The notes under the pieces are model-generated. The model was given only the letters and a program-made list of their open reading frames with translations. It ran no database searches and was not told the DNA's origin. From an uncultured Clostridia bacterium (lineage in GTDB: Bacteria; Bacillota; Clostridia; Christensenellales; UBA1242), in NCBI GenBank assembly GCA_944384395.1, contig CALWTD010000012.1:57596-121595 (forward strand): a stretch of 64,000 bases of DNA. The letters run 5' to 3'. Each line of letters begins with the position of its first letter. Within the stretch, counting starts at the first letter, position 1. The translations under genes were made by a program, and so were the position numbers. Shown piece after piece: positions 8,659-19,602 of the stretch.

Positions 8659-8946
8659 TTAAAATATATAATTTCTTACTATTTCAAATATTAAAGAAAT
8701 CATAATGGTTATAGAAATACAAAATGTTGCTACATTAACAAGTGTTAGTTCTTTGCTGTCCTGCTTGTAACCAAAACAGGCAAATACTACTGCACTTGCA
8801 CCCAAAATAACATTGCCTAAGTTAAAAAGAAGTTTTGCAAGTCCAAACATATAGTAACTCACAAATAAATACATTATCATCGATAATAGTGCAACTCCAA
8901 ATCCAACATAAGTATATATTTTGTTTTCTCTGTTTTTATTATCCAT
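8659..8946 (-). CDS. Small integral membrane protein (3 predicted TM helices)
   Basis: Hydrophobic segments only; no recognisable family. Confidence 0.5.
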   Translation of the reverse strand: MDNKNRENKIYTYVGFGVALLSMIMYLFVSYYMFGLAKLLFNLGNVILGASAVVFACFGYKQDSKELTLVNVATFCISITIMISLIFEIVRNYIF

Positions 8947-9113
8947 AATTTTATCCCCTTAAAAATTTAATATATAGTTATTAACATACCTTGTATGCAT
9001 TATATCAGTTATAAAAATTTTTCGCAATTTTATTTATAATATTATTTAATTTATTCATTATTATTGATTTTTTTTGTTAAATTAGTTAAACTAAAATTGT
9101 ATTAGGAGGAATT

Positions 9114-9857
9114 GTGGGAAAATTTGTAGAACTGCAAAACTATGATGTTGTAAAATATGAAGCACTAACAGATAAACCCTTTAGAAAAATACTTGCACTT
9201 GAACATATTTTGAAATTTTATAAATTTCAATATTTTGGACCTGTTAAAAGTAATGAAACATTTTATGATACGCCAAACGATATTTTATATAAAGCAGGTA
9301 TTGTTCTTTCAAGAATTCAAGAAGATGATAGAGTATTTTTTAAAGTAGGACAAGCATCAACCTTAAAAGCAAAAACACAAAAAGTATTTTCTCATAAAGT
9401 TGGCGTAAAAGACACAATTAAAGACCACTCATTTTATTTGGTGGACGGAATAAAAAGCATATTTTCAACACCTATATATATTGACCTAGAAAATGTTATA
9501 AAAAATGCAGTCCCAAAAGTTTCTATTTTTATAAACGCAAATGCGTATAAAGTTATTAGTGGTTCAGGGTTTAGAGCATATATGTGTCTTGAAGATATAA
9601 GATATGAAAATTATGAAACAAAGCGTCAACACAAATCAAACGGCATGACGGTTAAACTTGCAGGCCCCAACCAATATTTGCCAGAATTTAAGTCGTTTAA
9701 TGATTCAATAAAAAAATATTGCAAAGAATTTATTGAGGTTCATGACAATATATACGAACACGCAAAAATATTAACCAAAAAGGTTGATGCAAAACAAGTT
9801 AAAATTGATAAGAAGAAAGCAAAAGAAAAAATTGCAAATGCAGAAATAAAAGATTAA
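9114..9857 (+). CDS. CYTH-like (triphosphate tunnel metalloenzyme) domain protein
   Basis: Pattern ETFYDTPNDILYKAGIVLSRIQ resembles the CYTH YFDTP...lRiR motif. GTG start 5 nt after AGGAGG. Confidence 0.45.
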   Translation: MGKFVELQNYDVVKYEALTDKPFRKILALEHILKFYKFQYFGPVKSNETFYDTPNDILYKAGIVLSRIQEDDRVFFKVGQASTLKAKTQKVFSHKVGVKDTIKDHSFYLVDGIKSIFSTPIYIDLENVIKNAVPKVSIFINANAYKVISGSGFRAYMCLEDIRYENYETKRQHKSNGMTVKLAGPNQYLPEFKSFNDSIKKYCKEFIEVHDNIYEHAKILTKKVDAKQVKIDKKKAKEKIANAEIKD

Positions 9858-9888
9858 TTATTTTATAATGACGAATTTAAAAGTTTTA

Positions 9889-9918
9889 ACGCTGTTAAAA
9901 CTTTTTTATATATTCATA
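9889..9918 (+). terminator. Terminator of the CYTH-like gene
   Basis: AAAAGTTTTAAC-gct-GTTAAAACTTTT hairpin followed by Ts. Confidence 0.65.
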
Positions 9919-9981
9919 AACTTTGTAACTTTTTTGATAATTAAAAAGCATTTTTAAATATTTTTATATAATATCATACAT

Positions 9982-10016
9982 AAAAAAAATCACCACTTTT
10001 ATGGTGATTTTTTTTA
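9982..10016. terminator. Bidirectional terminator downstream of hup
   Basis: A-run, ATCACCA-ctttta-TGGTGAT hairpin, then T-run. Confidence 0.7.
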
Positions 10017-10027
10017 GACAAATAAGA

Positions 10028-10300
10028 TTAGTTGAAAAGGTCTTTATATGCTTTGCCAAATTTTAATACAGGTGCTTTTGAAGCTGCAATTTTAACTTTT
10101 TCTTTGGTTTGAGGGTTAATACCTTCTCTTGCTGCTTTTTCGCGAACTTCAAATGTTCCAAATCCAACAAGTTGAACTTTGTCTCCTTGTTTTAAAGCAT
10201 CTGTTACTGCTCCTACGAAAGCATCATATGCTACGCCTGCTTCTTTTACTGTTAATGAAGCTCTATCAGCCATAGCCTTAATAAATTCTCCTTTGTTCAT
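10028..10300 (-). CDS. hup: DNA-binding protein HU
   Basis: 90-aa protein with the canonical HU sequence (GFGTFEVREKAAREGINPQT). Confidence 0.95.
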   Translation of the reverse strand: MNKGEFIKAMADRASLTVKEAGVAYDAFVGAVTDALKQGDKVQLVGFGTFEVREKAAREGINPQTKEKVKIAASKAPVLKFGKAYKDLFN

Positions 10301-10435
10301 CTATGTCCCCTTTTTGTTTATTCTTAAAGATTCCTTTAAGTATTTATATTATAGACCATTTTTTTATATTTTCAAACTAAATTAGCAAAAAAAATTGCTA
10401 AACACCATTATTTTAAAGGTTTGTAACATTGTTTT

Positions 10436-10464
10436 TAATAAAAAAACGACTACTTGTCGTTTTT
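10436..10464 (-). terminator. Terminator after the DegV gene
   Basis: ACGAC-aagta-GTCGT hairpin followed by T6 on the minus strand. Confidence 0.6.
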
Positions 10465-11301
10465 TTATTTTGCTATATATAGCACTCCAAGAGTTTTTCT
10501 TCCACAATGTGTGCTAATTGTTGCACATGCACTGCTTTCCAAAACTTCTTCAAATCCATAATCTTTTAACATTTGCAAAAGTTTTGTTCGTGTTGGTTCA
10601 ACAGGACTTGAATAGGTTACAAAAACTCTTTTTTTGTTTGGTGGAATTTCTTTTAATAGATCATCAGCATATTTCATAAGAGCATCTTCAATGTTTCCAC
10701 GATATTTTTTTGTTACTTGCATTTTACCATCAACCAAACTTATTCGTGGCTTAATTTTTAACACATTTGCACCTAAAAGCGCAATGCCTGAACATCTTCC
10801 ACCTTTATGCAAAAATCGAAGAGTGTCAAGAAGAAACGATGCTTGTACTTTGTTTGCTTCTTCTTCAAGTTCTTTTACTATTGTTTTAATGTCCTTGCCT
10901 TCTTTAAGTTTATCCACGCAAGAAAGTGCCAAAAGCCCTGAGCCACTTGATAAACTTTTTGTGTCAATAACATAAACATTATTTACTTCGTTGCTTGCAA
11001 GACGCGCATTATTGCCTGTTGAACTTATGGCAAATGAAAGCGAAAAATGAATAACTGCGTCATATTGTTGTCTTAATTTTTTAAAATATTCAGTATATTC
11101 ATAAACATTTACAGCAGAAGTTTTTGGAAGTTCATTTGTTTTGTCCACAAAATTGAATATATCTTCTGGTGTAACATCAATGCCGTCATGGTGCTCTTCT
11201 GTTCCAAGCATTATTGTTATTGGCATTAAATGAATATCATATTTTTCTAATAAATCTTTTGGAATGTCACAAGTACTATCACAAGATATACATATTTTCA
11301 T
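10465..11301 (-). CDS. DegV family fatty-acid-binding protein
   Basis: Typical DegV N-terminus (I.cDStcDiPkd...) and length (278 aa). Confidence 0.85.
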   Translation of the reverse strand: MKICISCDSTCDIPKDLLEKYDIHLMPITIMLGTEEHHDGIDVTPEDIFNFVDKTNELPKTSAVNVYEYTEYFKKLRQQYDAVIHFSLSFAISSTGNNARLASNEVNNVYVIDTKSLSSGSGLLALSCVDKLKEGKDIKTIVKELEEEANKVQASFLLDTLRFLHKGGRCSGIALLGANVLKIKPRISLVDGKMQVTKKYRGNIEDALMKYADDLLKEIPPNKKRVFVTYSSPVEPTRTKLLQMLKDYGFEEVLESSACATISTHCGRKTLGVLYIAK

Positions 11302-11311
11302 ATAACTCTCC

Positions 11312-12148
11312 TTATTTTGCTAAATACATTACTCCAAGAGTACCTTTTCCACAATGAATGCAGATTGATGGTCCTGCTTGTGCTTCTATTATCTCTTCAA
11401 ATCCATAATCTTTTAATTTTTTTATTATTTTGTCTTTTGCTTCAAGTGGCGAAGAATAAACAACAAATGCTAGTTTTTTATCAGGTGGAACTTCTTTTAA
11501 AATGTCATCACAATATTTAATTAAACAATTATTTATACTGCCTAAATATTTTTTTGTAACTTCCATTTTTCCGTTTATAACGCTTATTCTAGGCTTTATA
11601 CTTAAAATTTTTGAACCGATTAGTGCAACTCCACTGCATCGTCCACCTTTGTGCAAATATTTAAGTGTGTCAATTAAAAATGATGTTTGAACCTTTGTTT
11701 TTAATTCTTCAATTTTATTAATTATTTCTTGAACCGAAAAGCCTTGCTCACGAAGTTTACAACATTCTAAAATTAACAATGATATTCCACACGAAAGATT
11801 TTGACTATCTATTGTGTAAACATTTTCCATGTTTTCACTTGCTCTTCTTGCGTTGAGTCCTGTTGAAGAAATCTCCCAAGAAAAAGAAAAATGTATAACG
11901 GCGTCGTAATTTTCTTTAATTTTTTTAAAGTGCTCTGTGTATTCATATTCATTAAAAGCAGAAGTTGTTGGAAGTTTTCCAGTTTTTTCCACATAATCAA
12001 AAACATCTTGACTTGTTCCTGTTACTCCATCGTGTCTTAAATCGTTTTCGCCAAGTGAAAATGGCATTGCATTTATTCTTATATCATATTTATCAATAAA
12101 TTCTTTTGGTAAATCACAAGTACTATCAGCACTTATTCCTATTCTCAT
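11312..12148 (-). CDS. DegV family fatty-acid-binding protein (tandem paralogue)
   Basis: Colinear with the 10465-11301 product (for example AVIHFS, LHKGGRCSG). Confidence 0.85.
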   Translation of the reverse strand: MRIGISADSTCDLPKEFIDKYDIRINAMPFSLGENDLRHDGVTGTSQDVFDYVEKTGKLPTTSAFNEYEYTEHFKKIKENYDAVIHFSFSWEISSTGLNARRASENMENVYTIDSQNLSCGISLLILECCKLREQGFSVQEIINKIEELKTKVQTSFLIDTLKYLHKGGRCSGVALIGSKILSIKPRISVINGKMEVTKKYLGSINNCLIKYCDDILKEVPPDKKLAFVVYSSPLEAKDKIIKKLKDYGFEEIIEAQAGPSICIHCGKGTLGVMYLAK

Positions 12149-12198
12149 AAATCACCTACCATTTTAGTATTACATATCAATCTAATAATGTCAAACAC

Positions 12199-12228
12199 TT
12201 GCACGCAAAATTGCATGTATGCTATAAT
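12199..12228 (+). promoter_or_regulatory. Promoter of radC; the -10 box lies 6 nt before the ATG
   Basis: TTGCAC (12199-12204), 18-nt spacer, TATAAT (12223-12228), then ctaagc and ATG at 12235. No SD. Confidence 0.5.
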
Positions 12229-12234
12229 CTAAGC

Positions 12235-12939
12235 ATGGAAAATGCAAAAGAGAAACACGAGCATTATGGTCATCGAAAAAGACTTAGAAACTTAATAGAT
12301 ATGGCAGGTTTTGATGCTTTAAGTGAAGTTCAGGTTGTTGAACAAATTTTAACAATGACACACGCAAGATGCGATACAAATGTTATCGCTCACAAGCTTC
12401 TAAATGAATTTGGTTCTCTTTCAAAAATATTAGATGCTGATGCATATGATTTAATGCAAATAGATGGTGTTGGCGAAGTAACGGCAAAAACAATAACCTA
12501 TCTTCCACAAATTTTTGATTTATACTTAAAAGATAAAAACTCCAAAAAATATAATTTTAAAACATACAAAGATATTTATAACTTTTTTAAACCTATTTTT
12601 GATATGTATGCCTGCGAATGTGTGGTTGTTGGTTTTATAAGCAACAATAACACATTTTCTGGCTATAAAAAATTAGCCGATGGCGAACTTTGTGAAGTAA
12701 AAATAAACAAGGTTGAATTTTCTAGATCTATTATGAGAAACAAAGCAAAAGCAGTTATGATTGCTCATAATCATCCTTTTGGTAAAGCAAATCCATCGTC
12801 AAAAGATTATGACGCAAACGAAAAGCTTGCAATTATTTTGGAAAATCTTGGAATTGTTATGGTTGACAATATTATAATTGGAGAAGATGGACTTTTTTCG
12901 TTTAAAAACAATATTTTGTTTCCAAAAAATGACTTATAA
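12235..12939 (+). CDS. radC: RadC-like JAB-domain protein (UPF0758)
   Basis: N-terminal GHRKRLR, HhH motif, JAMM-like HNHPFG...PSSKD. Start moved from 12199 to MENAKEKHEHYGHRKRL. Confidence 0.85.
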   Translation: MENAKEKHEHYGHRKRLRNLIDMAGFDALSEVQVVEQILTMTHARCDTNVIAHKLLNEFGSLSKILDADAYDLMQIDGVGEVTAKTITYLPQIFDLYLKDKNSKKYNFKTYKDIYNFFKPIFDMYACECVVVGFISNNNTFSGYKKLADGELCEVKINKVEFSRSIMRNKAKAVMIAHNHPFGKANPSSKDYDANEKLAIILENLGIVMVDNIIIGEDGLFSFKNNILFPKNDL

Positions 12940-12960
12940 AAAAATAGAATAGCAAATATT

Positions 12961-15459
12961 CTATTTTTTTTCATCGATATCAATTTCATCAATATTTACA
13001 TCATTTTTTGATTGTTGTGAAAGTTTTTCAAGTGTCTTATCTAAATAAACCACCTTTCTTTTATATTTTGTCTTTTTTTCTTGATTGTTTATTTGTCTTT
13101 GTTTTATTTTAAGTTCAATTTTCTTTATAATTTTGGGAATATATATGTGTAATGGAATCGAAATCAACATGAAAGCAGTAAGTAAAATTGATACTTTCAA
13201 ATTTATTGCAGTCATTCCAAAGAAATCGCCCATTGTTAAAATTGACAATACTATACATACAAAAGACAAAATTAAAGAACCCACTCTGATTTTGGTTAGT
13301 GGCAAACACAAGAAAAATAAATTAATATATCCTGTAAAAATTAAAACGAGTGTTGACAGTGTCGCAAATTCTTCTGCGTTTATAAGATTAAACCTTGCAA
13401 GTATTATAACACCAAAAACATTAAAAAATATTAAAAGCCCACTTGGAATACTTCGCTTTAAAACAACAGGAATGAAATCGCCTTTAATTAAATTTGTGTT
13501 TGGTTGAAGCGCTAGTATTACAGATGGCAAACCTATTACAAACATTTCAAGCAAAAACATTTGCACAGGTTGGAATGGATAACCCGACATTGTTACAATG
13601 CTAAACAATGATAAAAGTATTGTAAACAATGTTTTCATCAAAAACAATGTTGATGATTGTTGAACATTATTTATAACCTGTCTTCCTTCTTTAACAACTG
13701 ATGGAAGTGAAGAGAATTTTGAATCCATTAAAACCAAATTACTTAAATTTCTTGCAACTTCACTTCCATCTGCCATTGCAATAGAACAATCAGATTCTTT
13801 TAGTGCTAGTGTATCATTAACACCATCTCCTGTCATCGCAACAACATATCCTTGCTTTTTTAATGCTTTAACAAGTGTATGCTTTTGCTCTGGACTAACT
13901 CTACCAAAAACAGTAAAGTTTGTGGCAATTTTTTCAACTTCCACTAAACTCATTCCTTCTAAAGACACACTTGCCTCTGCGTTTTCAACTCCAACTCGTT
14001 TAGCAATGTTGCTAACTGTTATTGGATTATCGCCCGATATAATTTTTATTTGAACATTGTTTTGTTTAAACCATTCAATAGTTTCATAAGCGTCTTCTCT
14101 AATATGGTCCTCAATGGTTACAAGTGCAAGAGGAACACTGTCCGCTGGCAACTTTTCTTTTTCATCTAGATATTGCTCAGAATGTGCTAAAAGTAAAACC
14201 CTTTTGCCTTTTGAAGTGTGCTGATAAATTAAATTTTTTATTTTTTTTGAAAGTCTACACTTTGTAAACTCGGGAGCACCCAAAACAAAAGTGCCTAATT
14301 TTTCAAAACTTGTTGCAGTACATTTTCGTTTTGAAGAAAACTCCAAGTTATACACAACTTTGTAATCGTTTTTCTTTCCAAATTCTGTTAGCATAGCATT
14401 TGATGTTGAATTATTTGTTTGCTGTGCATACAAAATATTTGAAATTATATCTGCGTTCTTTATGTCTTCAATTCGGTTTAAATCAATAAGTTCACTGACT
14501 TGCATTGTTCCATCAGTTATTGTTCCCGTTTTGTCCAAGCACAACACATTTGCTCTTGCAAGCATCTCTATTGAATACAAATCTTTTACAAGTGTTCGCT
14601 TTTTGCTTAATTTAATAACGCCAACTGCAAGTGCAACTGTTACCAATAAAAACATTCCGGCAGGGACCATTCCAATAAGTGCACCACAAGTTTTTGTTAC
14701 TGCGTATTGCCAACTATGGTCATAAGAAAAAAAGTTGTTTACAAACATCAATACACCAACAGGTATAATTGCGATACCGATGTATTTAATAATTGCATTT
14801 AAGTCCTTATTTAAACTTGAATTAGGACTTTTAAATTTTTTTGCTTGACTTGCTATTGATTGAATATAGTTATCTTTACCGATTTTGTCAACTCGTGCAT
14901 GACACGCTCCACTTATTATAAAACTCCCAGATAAAAGTTTGTCACCTTCTTGTTTTTTTACTGCATCACTTTCACCGGTTAGTAAACTTTCGTTAACTTC
15001 AAGTTTTCCGTCTAAAACCACACAATCGGCAGGAATAGAATTTCCAATTTCCAAGCAAATAACATCATCTAAAACTATTTTTTCTGATTGTATTTCTAAT
15101 ATTTTACCGTCTCTTATGACTTTTACTTTTGGCATTGTTACCAAACTCAATTTGTCGACGACAACTTTTGCTTTACACTCTTGAATTATGGAAATAAGTG
15201 TATTTAAAAAAATTACAACAATAAACAACAAATCTCCATAACTTTCAACAAGCATCAGTGCTGTAAAAATTAAAATCCAAATCAGGTTAAAAAAAGTAAA
15301 AACATTTTCACAAACAATTCTTAAATATGATTTTCCTGTTTTTTGTTTTACTTTATTAAATAATTTATGTTCTGTTCTTTCTTTTACCTGCTCGGTTAAA
15401 AGTCCTTCGTTTATCGATGGATTATATCTTATAATGTCAAATGATTTTCGTAGTTTCAA
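12961..15459 (-). CDS. Cation-transporting P-type ATPase (type II, Ca2+/Mg2+-like)
   Basis: Motifs TGES, DKTGTIT, SGDN, MTGDGVNDTLALKESD, plus about 10 TM helices. Confidence 0.9.
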   Translation of the reverse strand: MKLRKSFDIIRYNPSINEGLLTEQVKERTEHKLFNKVKQKTGKSYLRIVCENVFTFFNLIWILIFTALMLVESYGDLLFIVVIFLNTLISIIQECKAKVVVDKLSLVTMPKVKVIRDGKILEIQSEKIVLDDVICLEIGNSIPADCVVLDGKLEVNESLLTGESDAVKKQEGDKLLSGSFIISGACHARVDKIGKDNYIQSIASQAKKFKSPNSSLNKDLNAIIKYIGIAIIPVGVLMFVNNFFSYDHSWQYAVTKTCGALIGMVPAGMFLLVTVALAVGVIKLSKKRTLVKDLYSIEMLARANVLCLDKTGTITDGTMQVSELIDLNRIEDIKNADIISNILYAQQTNNSTSNAMLTEFGKKNDYKVVYNLEFSSKRKCTATSFEKLGTFVLGAPEFTKCRLSKKIKNLIYQHTSKGKRVLLLAHSEQYLDEKEKLPADSVPLALVTIEDHIREDAYETIEWFKQNNVQIKIISGDNPITVSNIAKRVGVENAEASVSLEGMSLVEVEKIATNFTVFGRVSPEQKHTLVKALKKQGYVVAMTGDGVNDTLALKESDCSIAMADGSEVARNLSNLVLMDSKFSSLPSVVKEGRQVINNVQQSSTLFLMKTLFTILLSLFSIVTMSGYPFQPVQMFLLEMFVIGLPSVILALQPNTNLIKGDFIPVVLKRSIPSGLLIFFNVFGVIILARFNLINAEEFATLSTLVLIFTGYINLFFLCLPLTKIRVGSLILSFVCIVLSILTMGDFFGMTAINLKVSILLTAFMLISIPLHIYIPKIIKKIELKIKQRQINNQEKKTKYKRKVVYLDKTLEKLSQQSKNDVNIDEIDIDEKK

Positions 15460-15619
15460 TCTTATCTTACCCTAGTTAATATATTATATAGTAAATATTA
15501 CATCATATTAAAAAGTATGTCAACAAACATAAAAATAATGCTTGTAAATATTATAGTTATGTGTTTGACTTATAGCATTAAAATATATACACTATGATTA
15601 GTTTTAAATGGGGGAAAAT

Positions 15620-16330
15620 ATGCTAGAAATAAAAAACTTAACAAAAACTTATGGAACAAAAAAAGCAGTTGATAATTTATCATTAACTGTTAAAGATGGA
15701 GAACTTTGTGCCTTTATAGGCAAAAACGGTGCTGGTAAAACCACAACAATTAAATGTGTTTGTGGAATTATAGATTTTGACAATGGGGAAATTATTGTCA
15801 ACGGAAAAAATATTAAACAAGAGCCACTCGATGCAAAACAAACATTTGCCTATATTCCAGACAATCCAAGTATGTATGATTTTATGACTGCAATATCATA
15901 TCTCAATTTTGTTTGTGACATATATAAAGTTAATAAAAAAGACAGAAGAGAAAGAATAGAAATGTATGCATCATTGTTTGAAATTAAAGAAAATTTAGGG
16001 CAAGAAATTTCGTCATTTTCGCATGGCATGAAACAAAAACTTGCAATCATTTCTGCACTCGTGCACAATCCAAAATTAATAATACTAGACGAACCTTTTG
16101 TTGGCCTTGACCCAACAAGCACACATAAACTTAAAAATATTATGAAAGATTTAACAAAACTAGGTGTTTCTATTTTCTTTTCAACACACATATTAGAAGT
16201 TGCAGAAAAACTTTGTGACCATGTGATTATTTTAAACGACGGAAAAATAGTAAAGCAAGGCACAATGAAAGAAGTTTTGGGAGATGAAAGCCTTGAAAAT
16301 ATCTTTTTGGAGCTTAATGAAAATGAATAA
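15620..16330 (+). CDS. ABC transporter ATP-binding protein
   Basis: Walker A (GKNGAGKTT), signature (FSHGMKQK), Walker B (LIILDEP). The ATG at 15620 follows GGGGGA. Confidence 0.9.
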   Translation: MLEIKNLTKTYGTKKAVDNLSLTVKDGELCAFIGKNGAGKTTTIKCVCGIIDFDNGEIIVNGKNIKQEPLDAKQTFAYIPDNPSMYDFMTAISYLNFVCDIYKVNKKDRRERIEMYASLFEIKENLGQEISSFSHGMKQKLAIISALVHNPKLIILDEPFVGLDPTSTHKLKNIMKDLTKLGVSIFFSTHILEVAEKLCDHVIILNDGKIVKQGTMKEVLGDESLENIFLELNENE

Positions 16331-17882
16331 TATTTTTGCACTTATTAAATTAAATTTTTTATCAGCAATAAATCCAGCAAACAAAAGACAATCTAAATTA
16401 AATAAATTTTTAATTGTTTTTGCACTTTTATTTTTGCTAGGTTTTTCCACTTTTTATGCCTATTCGTTTATAATGGTTTTTAAAGAAAGCAATTTAAATA
16501 ACTATGAATTTTTAATTGCTTTTTCAATTTTGGCAAGTAATTTTTTTGTTATATTTTTGTTTTTTAGTTCATGTACTAATGTTTTATACAAAAGCAAAGA
16601 CAACGACACTCTTTTTAGTATGCCAATAAAAAAGAGTACAATAATACTTTCAAAACTAATCAGCATTTTACTTTTAGGATATGTATACCAATTTATTTTT
16701 GTTGTGCCTTTTACTGTAATTTATTATATTTACAATGGTTTTAATTTTTTAAGTTTTTTATGCTTTTTATTCGGTTTTTTTGTTGAACCAATTGTTCCAC
16801 TTTGTTTAAGTTGTTTAATCACTTGTTTTTTTAGTTTTATCACAAAAAAGATAAAATATAAAAATTTATTCTCCACTTTGGCACTATTTATATTTTTTGG
16901 TCTATTTATGTATTTTTATATGCAAATAAATGTTTACGATTTAATGGCAAATCCAAACTCAACAAACTTTATAAATTATCTTCCTTGGATAAATTGGTTA
17001 TATGTTTCAATAACACAAAACAATTTATTATTCCTATTATATAATATTGTACTTGCTTTTTTACTTAGTGTGTTTATTTACTTTTTTGTTTATATAACAT
17101 TTTTTAAATTGTGTACCGAACTAAATTCTTCTATCTCATCGAAGTCAAAAATCTATTACAAAAACAAACCCGTTTTTGTTTCACTTTTAAACAAAGAGCG
17201 CAAAAAATATTTTTCAAGTCCAATGTATGTGTTTAACACTCTTTTTGCATATTTAATTTTACTCGGTGCTTGCATATATTTTGCAGTTGACAAGTCTTTA
17301 ATAAACAGTCTTAAAGAAATAATTCAAATAAGCTCGTTTACTCTTTGTGTCGCTTTTATAACAATGTGCTTTTTTATACTTTCTACTGCAAATATATCTG
17401 CTGTATCAATTTCGATGGAAAGACAGAGTTTTAGTTTATTAAAAGGTATGCCTTTGTCTTTTAGTCAAATAATATGGAGTAAAATTTTATTTGCATTTTT
17501 GGTTGGTTTACCTTTTATTTTAGTTTCTTCAATAATTTTTGCAATTAGTTATAATATTTCTTTTTGGTTATTTTTGATGATTGTTGCTTGTTGTATATTT
17601 TACAATTTGTTTATTTGTATGTTTGGTATTGTGATGAATATTTGTTTTCCAAACTTAACAACACAAAATGATACAGTACTTGTTAAACAATCATTGAGTT
17701 CATTTTTGTCAATTTTAATTCCATTAGTTTTTGTTATGATTGCAACAACGATATATTTTAACATCAGTTTAAATTTAGGTTATTATTTTCTAATTATTAT
17801 TTCTATTTTAATTGTTTTATTTTTAATTCTATTATATTTTATTATTTTTATAGCAAAGAAAAAATTGCAAAAAATAATTTAA
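16317..17882 (+). CDS. Polytopic membrane protein, putative ABC-2 type permease partner
   Basis: More than 10 hydrophobic segments. Its start overlaps the ATPase stop. No specific motif recognised. Confidence 0.55.
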   Translation: MKMNNIFALIKLNFLSAINPANKRQSKLNKFLIVFALLFLLGFSTFYAYSFIMVFKESNLNNYEFLIAFSILASNFFVIFLFFSSCTNVLYKSKDNDTLFSMPIKKSTIILSKLISILLLGYVYQFIFVVPFTVIYYIYNGFNFLSFLCFLFGFFVEPIVPLCLSCLITCFFSFITKKIKYKNLFSTLALFIFFGLFMYFYMQINVYDLMANPNSTNFINYLPWINWLYVSITQNNLLFLLYNIVLAFLLSVFIYFFVYITFFKLCTELNSSISSKSKIYYKNKPVFVSLLNKERKKYFSSPMYVFNTLFAYLILLGACIYFAVDKSLINSLKEIIQISSFTLCVAFITMCFFILSTANISAVSISMERQSFSLLKGMPLSFSQIIWSKILFAFLVGLPFILVSSIIFAISYNISFWLFLMIVACCIFYNLFICMFGIVMNICFPNLTTQNDTVLVKQSLSSFLSILIPLVFVMIATTIYFNISLNLGYYFLIIISILIVLFLILLYFIIFIAKKKLQKII

Positions 17883-17924
17883 ATAACATTAAAAAAAAAC
17901 AAAAACACGAAATTTTCGTGTTTT

Positions 17925-19106
17925 TTATTTATTATTTTGTATTTTTTTATTATTTATTAAATTTAAATAATCATTATATGCTTTTTCCACAGTTTTATCC
18001 CATGTTATATAAAGTTGATTAAAAGCATTTTCACAAACTTCGTTGTAATGTTTTTCATCATTAAAAATGTCAATTATTTTTTGTGCGTATTTATTTGCGT
18101 CATTTTCGCCTATAAAGCCATTTACATCTTCTGTAACAGTTCCTGCTGTTCTTGCACCTCTTAAAAACAATGTTGGAGTTTTTTGACTTGACGCTTCTAT
18201 TTGAACCAAAGAATTTGCATCGTATAAAGAAGGAAACAAAAATAAGTCTGCTCTGTTAAATATTTTGCTCATTGTTATTCTGTCTTCTATTCTTCCACAC
18301 AATGTTACTTCTTCTTCTAGTCCATTCTTTTTTATTTTATTGCGAAGTTCATTTTCGTCTGGTCCACTCCCACAATAAAGCATTTTAAACTTAAAACCTT
18401 TATCTTTTAATACTTTTAATGCATCTACAATAAACAAAATGTTTTTAAGCACAACAAGTCGTCCAACAAACAAAAAAACTTTTTCGTTTGCATCAATATT
18501 ATATTTTTTGTTTATTTCTTCTATGGCTTGTTCTTTGTTTTCAACTGGCAACATATCTGTACCATTTAATTGCACTGTGCAAGGTGCTGTAAGTTTATAT
18601 TCTTCAATAAACAACTTTTTAATTTCGCTGTTTACAGCCCAACACTCATCACACGCGTTAAACACTTTCATAATTTTTCTAAGCAAAAAGTTTGTTAATA
18701 TTTTACTATGAGTTGCTTTGTAAAAATCTTTTTTAAACTGTGAATGAAGGGTTGCCACACATGGAATATTATGTTTTTTTGCATACTTTACGCCAATTTT
18801 CCCTATTGAAAATGGAGAATGAATATGCACTATGTCTAAGTGTGATTGGTTTAGTGCTTTTTTGAAATTTTTATCTAAATTTGGAATACCCAAATTGTAG
18901 TCATAGTGATAAAATTTAATTTTTTTACTTCTTACAACTTTATATTCAAACTTTCCATTGTATTTTTTATCATTTGGTTTTGGACAAAAAACTGTTATAT
19001 TTGCAATTTTATTTAACCTTTTTGCATAGTTGTCTACAACCATTATAACCCCATCAATCATAGGGAAAAATGTATCTATGAATAATCCTATGTTTAATTT
19101 TTCCAT
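17925..19106 (-). CDS. Glycosyltransferase family 4 (GT-B fold)
   Basis: C-terminal pattern LFPSLYDANSLVQIEA...TP is typical of the GT4 E-x7-E region. Confidence 0.75.
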   Translation of the reverse strand: MEKLNIGLFIDTFFPMIDGVIMVVDNYAKRLNKIANITVFCPKPNDKKYNGKFEYKVVRSKKIKFYHYDYNLGIPNLDKNFKKALNQSHLDIVHIHSPFSIGKIGVKYAKKHNIPCVATLHSQFKKDFYKATHSKILTNFLLRKIMKVFNACDECWAVNSEIKKLFIEEYKLTAPCTVQLNGTDMLPVENKEQAIEEINKKYNIDANEKVFLFVGRLVVLKNILFIVDALKVLKDKGFKFKMLYCGSGPDENELRNKIKKNGLEEEVTLCGRIEDRITMSKIFNRADLFLFPSLYDANSLVQIEASSQKTPTLFLRGARTAGTVTEDVNGFIGENDANKYAQKIIDIFNDEKHYNEVCENAFNQLYITWDKTVEKAYNDYLNLINNKKIQNNK

Positions 19107-19107
19107 T

Positions 19108-19602
19108 CTATCTTTCCATTGTATCTTCGTTTTTTATTCTATATTCGTTTACAATTTTTAATTTTTTTGTTCTAAGTATTCCGTCTTTAATTTGTCTAAT
19201 GTTAAAAACTGCACTTTCTTGGTTTGCTGATATAGAAATTGACAAGTTCTTACCCAAAATTTGTTTTATATCCTTACCTAAATAATCAATAGCATTTCTT
19301 TCAATAAGCATTCCAAATTCTTTTTCGTTGTCATCATAATTATAGTCGGAATCGTAGTGAAAATAACCATTTTTTAATATTTCATCTGCAAAACTATCCA
19401 TTAAATAATCTCTGAAATCTTCTAACTTGTTTTCAAATTTTTTAAATTCTGCTTTGTCATATGTTGGCATTTCGCCTTTTAAATTATTTTTATTGGTATC
19501 AATTAGCATATCTCTATATCTTTCTCTCAATCTGTATGTAAGTTCAACAACCATATCCTGAATATAATTTGATTCTATAAAATTCACTTTATAATTAACC
19601 AT
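19108..19602 (-). CDS. Hypothetical protein
   Basis: ORF with coding-like composition, adjacent to the downstream glycosyltransferase (1-nt gap). No motif recognised. Confidence 0.5.
   Translation of the reverse strand: MVNYKVNFIESNYIQDMVVELTYRLRERYRDMLIDTNKNNLKGEMPTYDKAEFKKFENKLEDFRDYLMDSFADEILKNGYFHYDSDYNYDDNEKEFGMLIERNAIDYLGKDIKQILGKNLSISISANQESAVFNIRQIKDGILRTKKLKIVNEYRIKNEDTMER

Noticed and set aside
597-10016. Two terminators (597-624 and 9982-10016) share nearly the same stem (ATCACCAC / GTGGTGAT), which might indicate a dispersed repeat family.
   Set aside because: Only 7-8 bp are shared and the loops differ. This is too short to distinguish from chance convergence of GC-containing terminator stems in an AT-rich genome.
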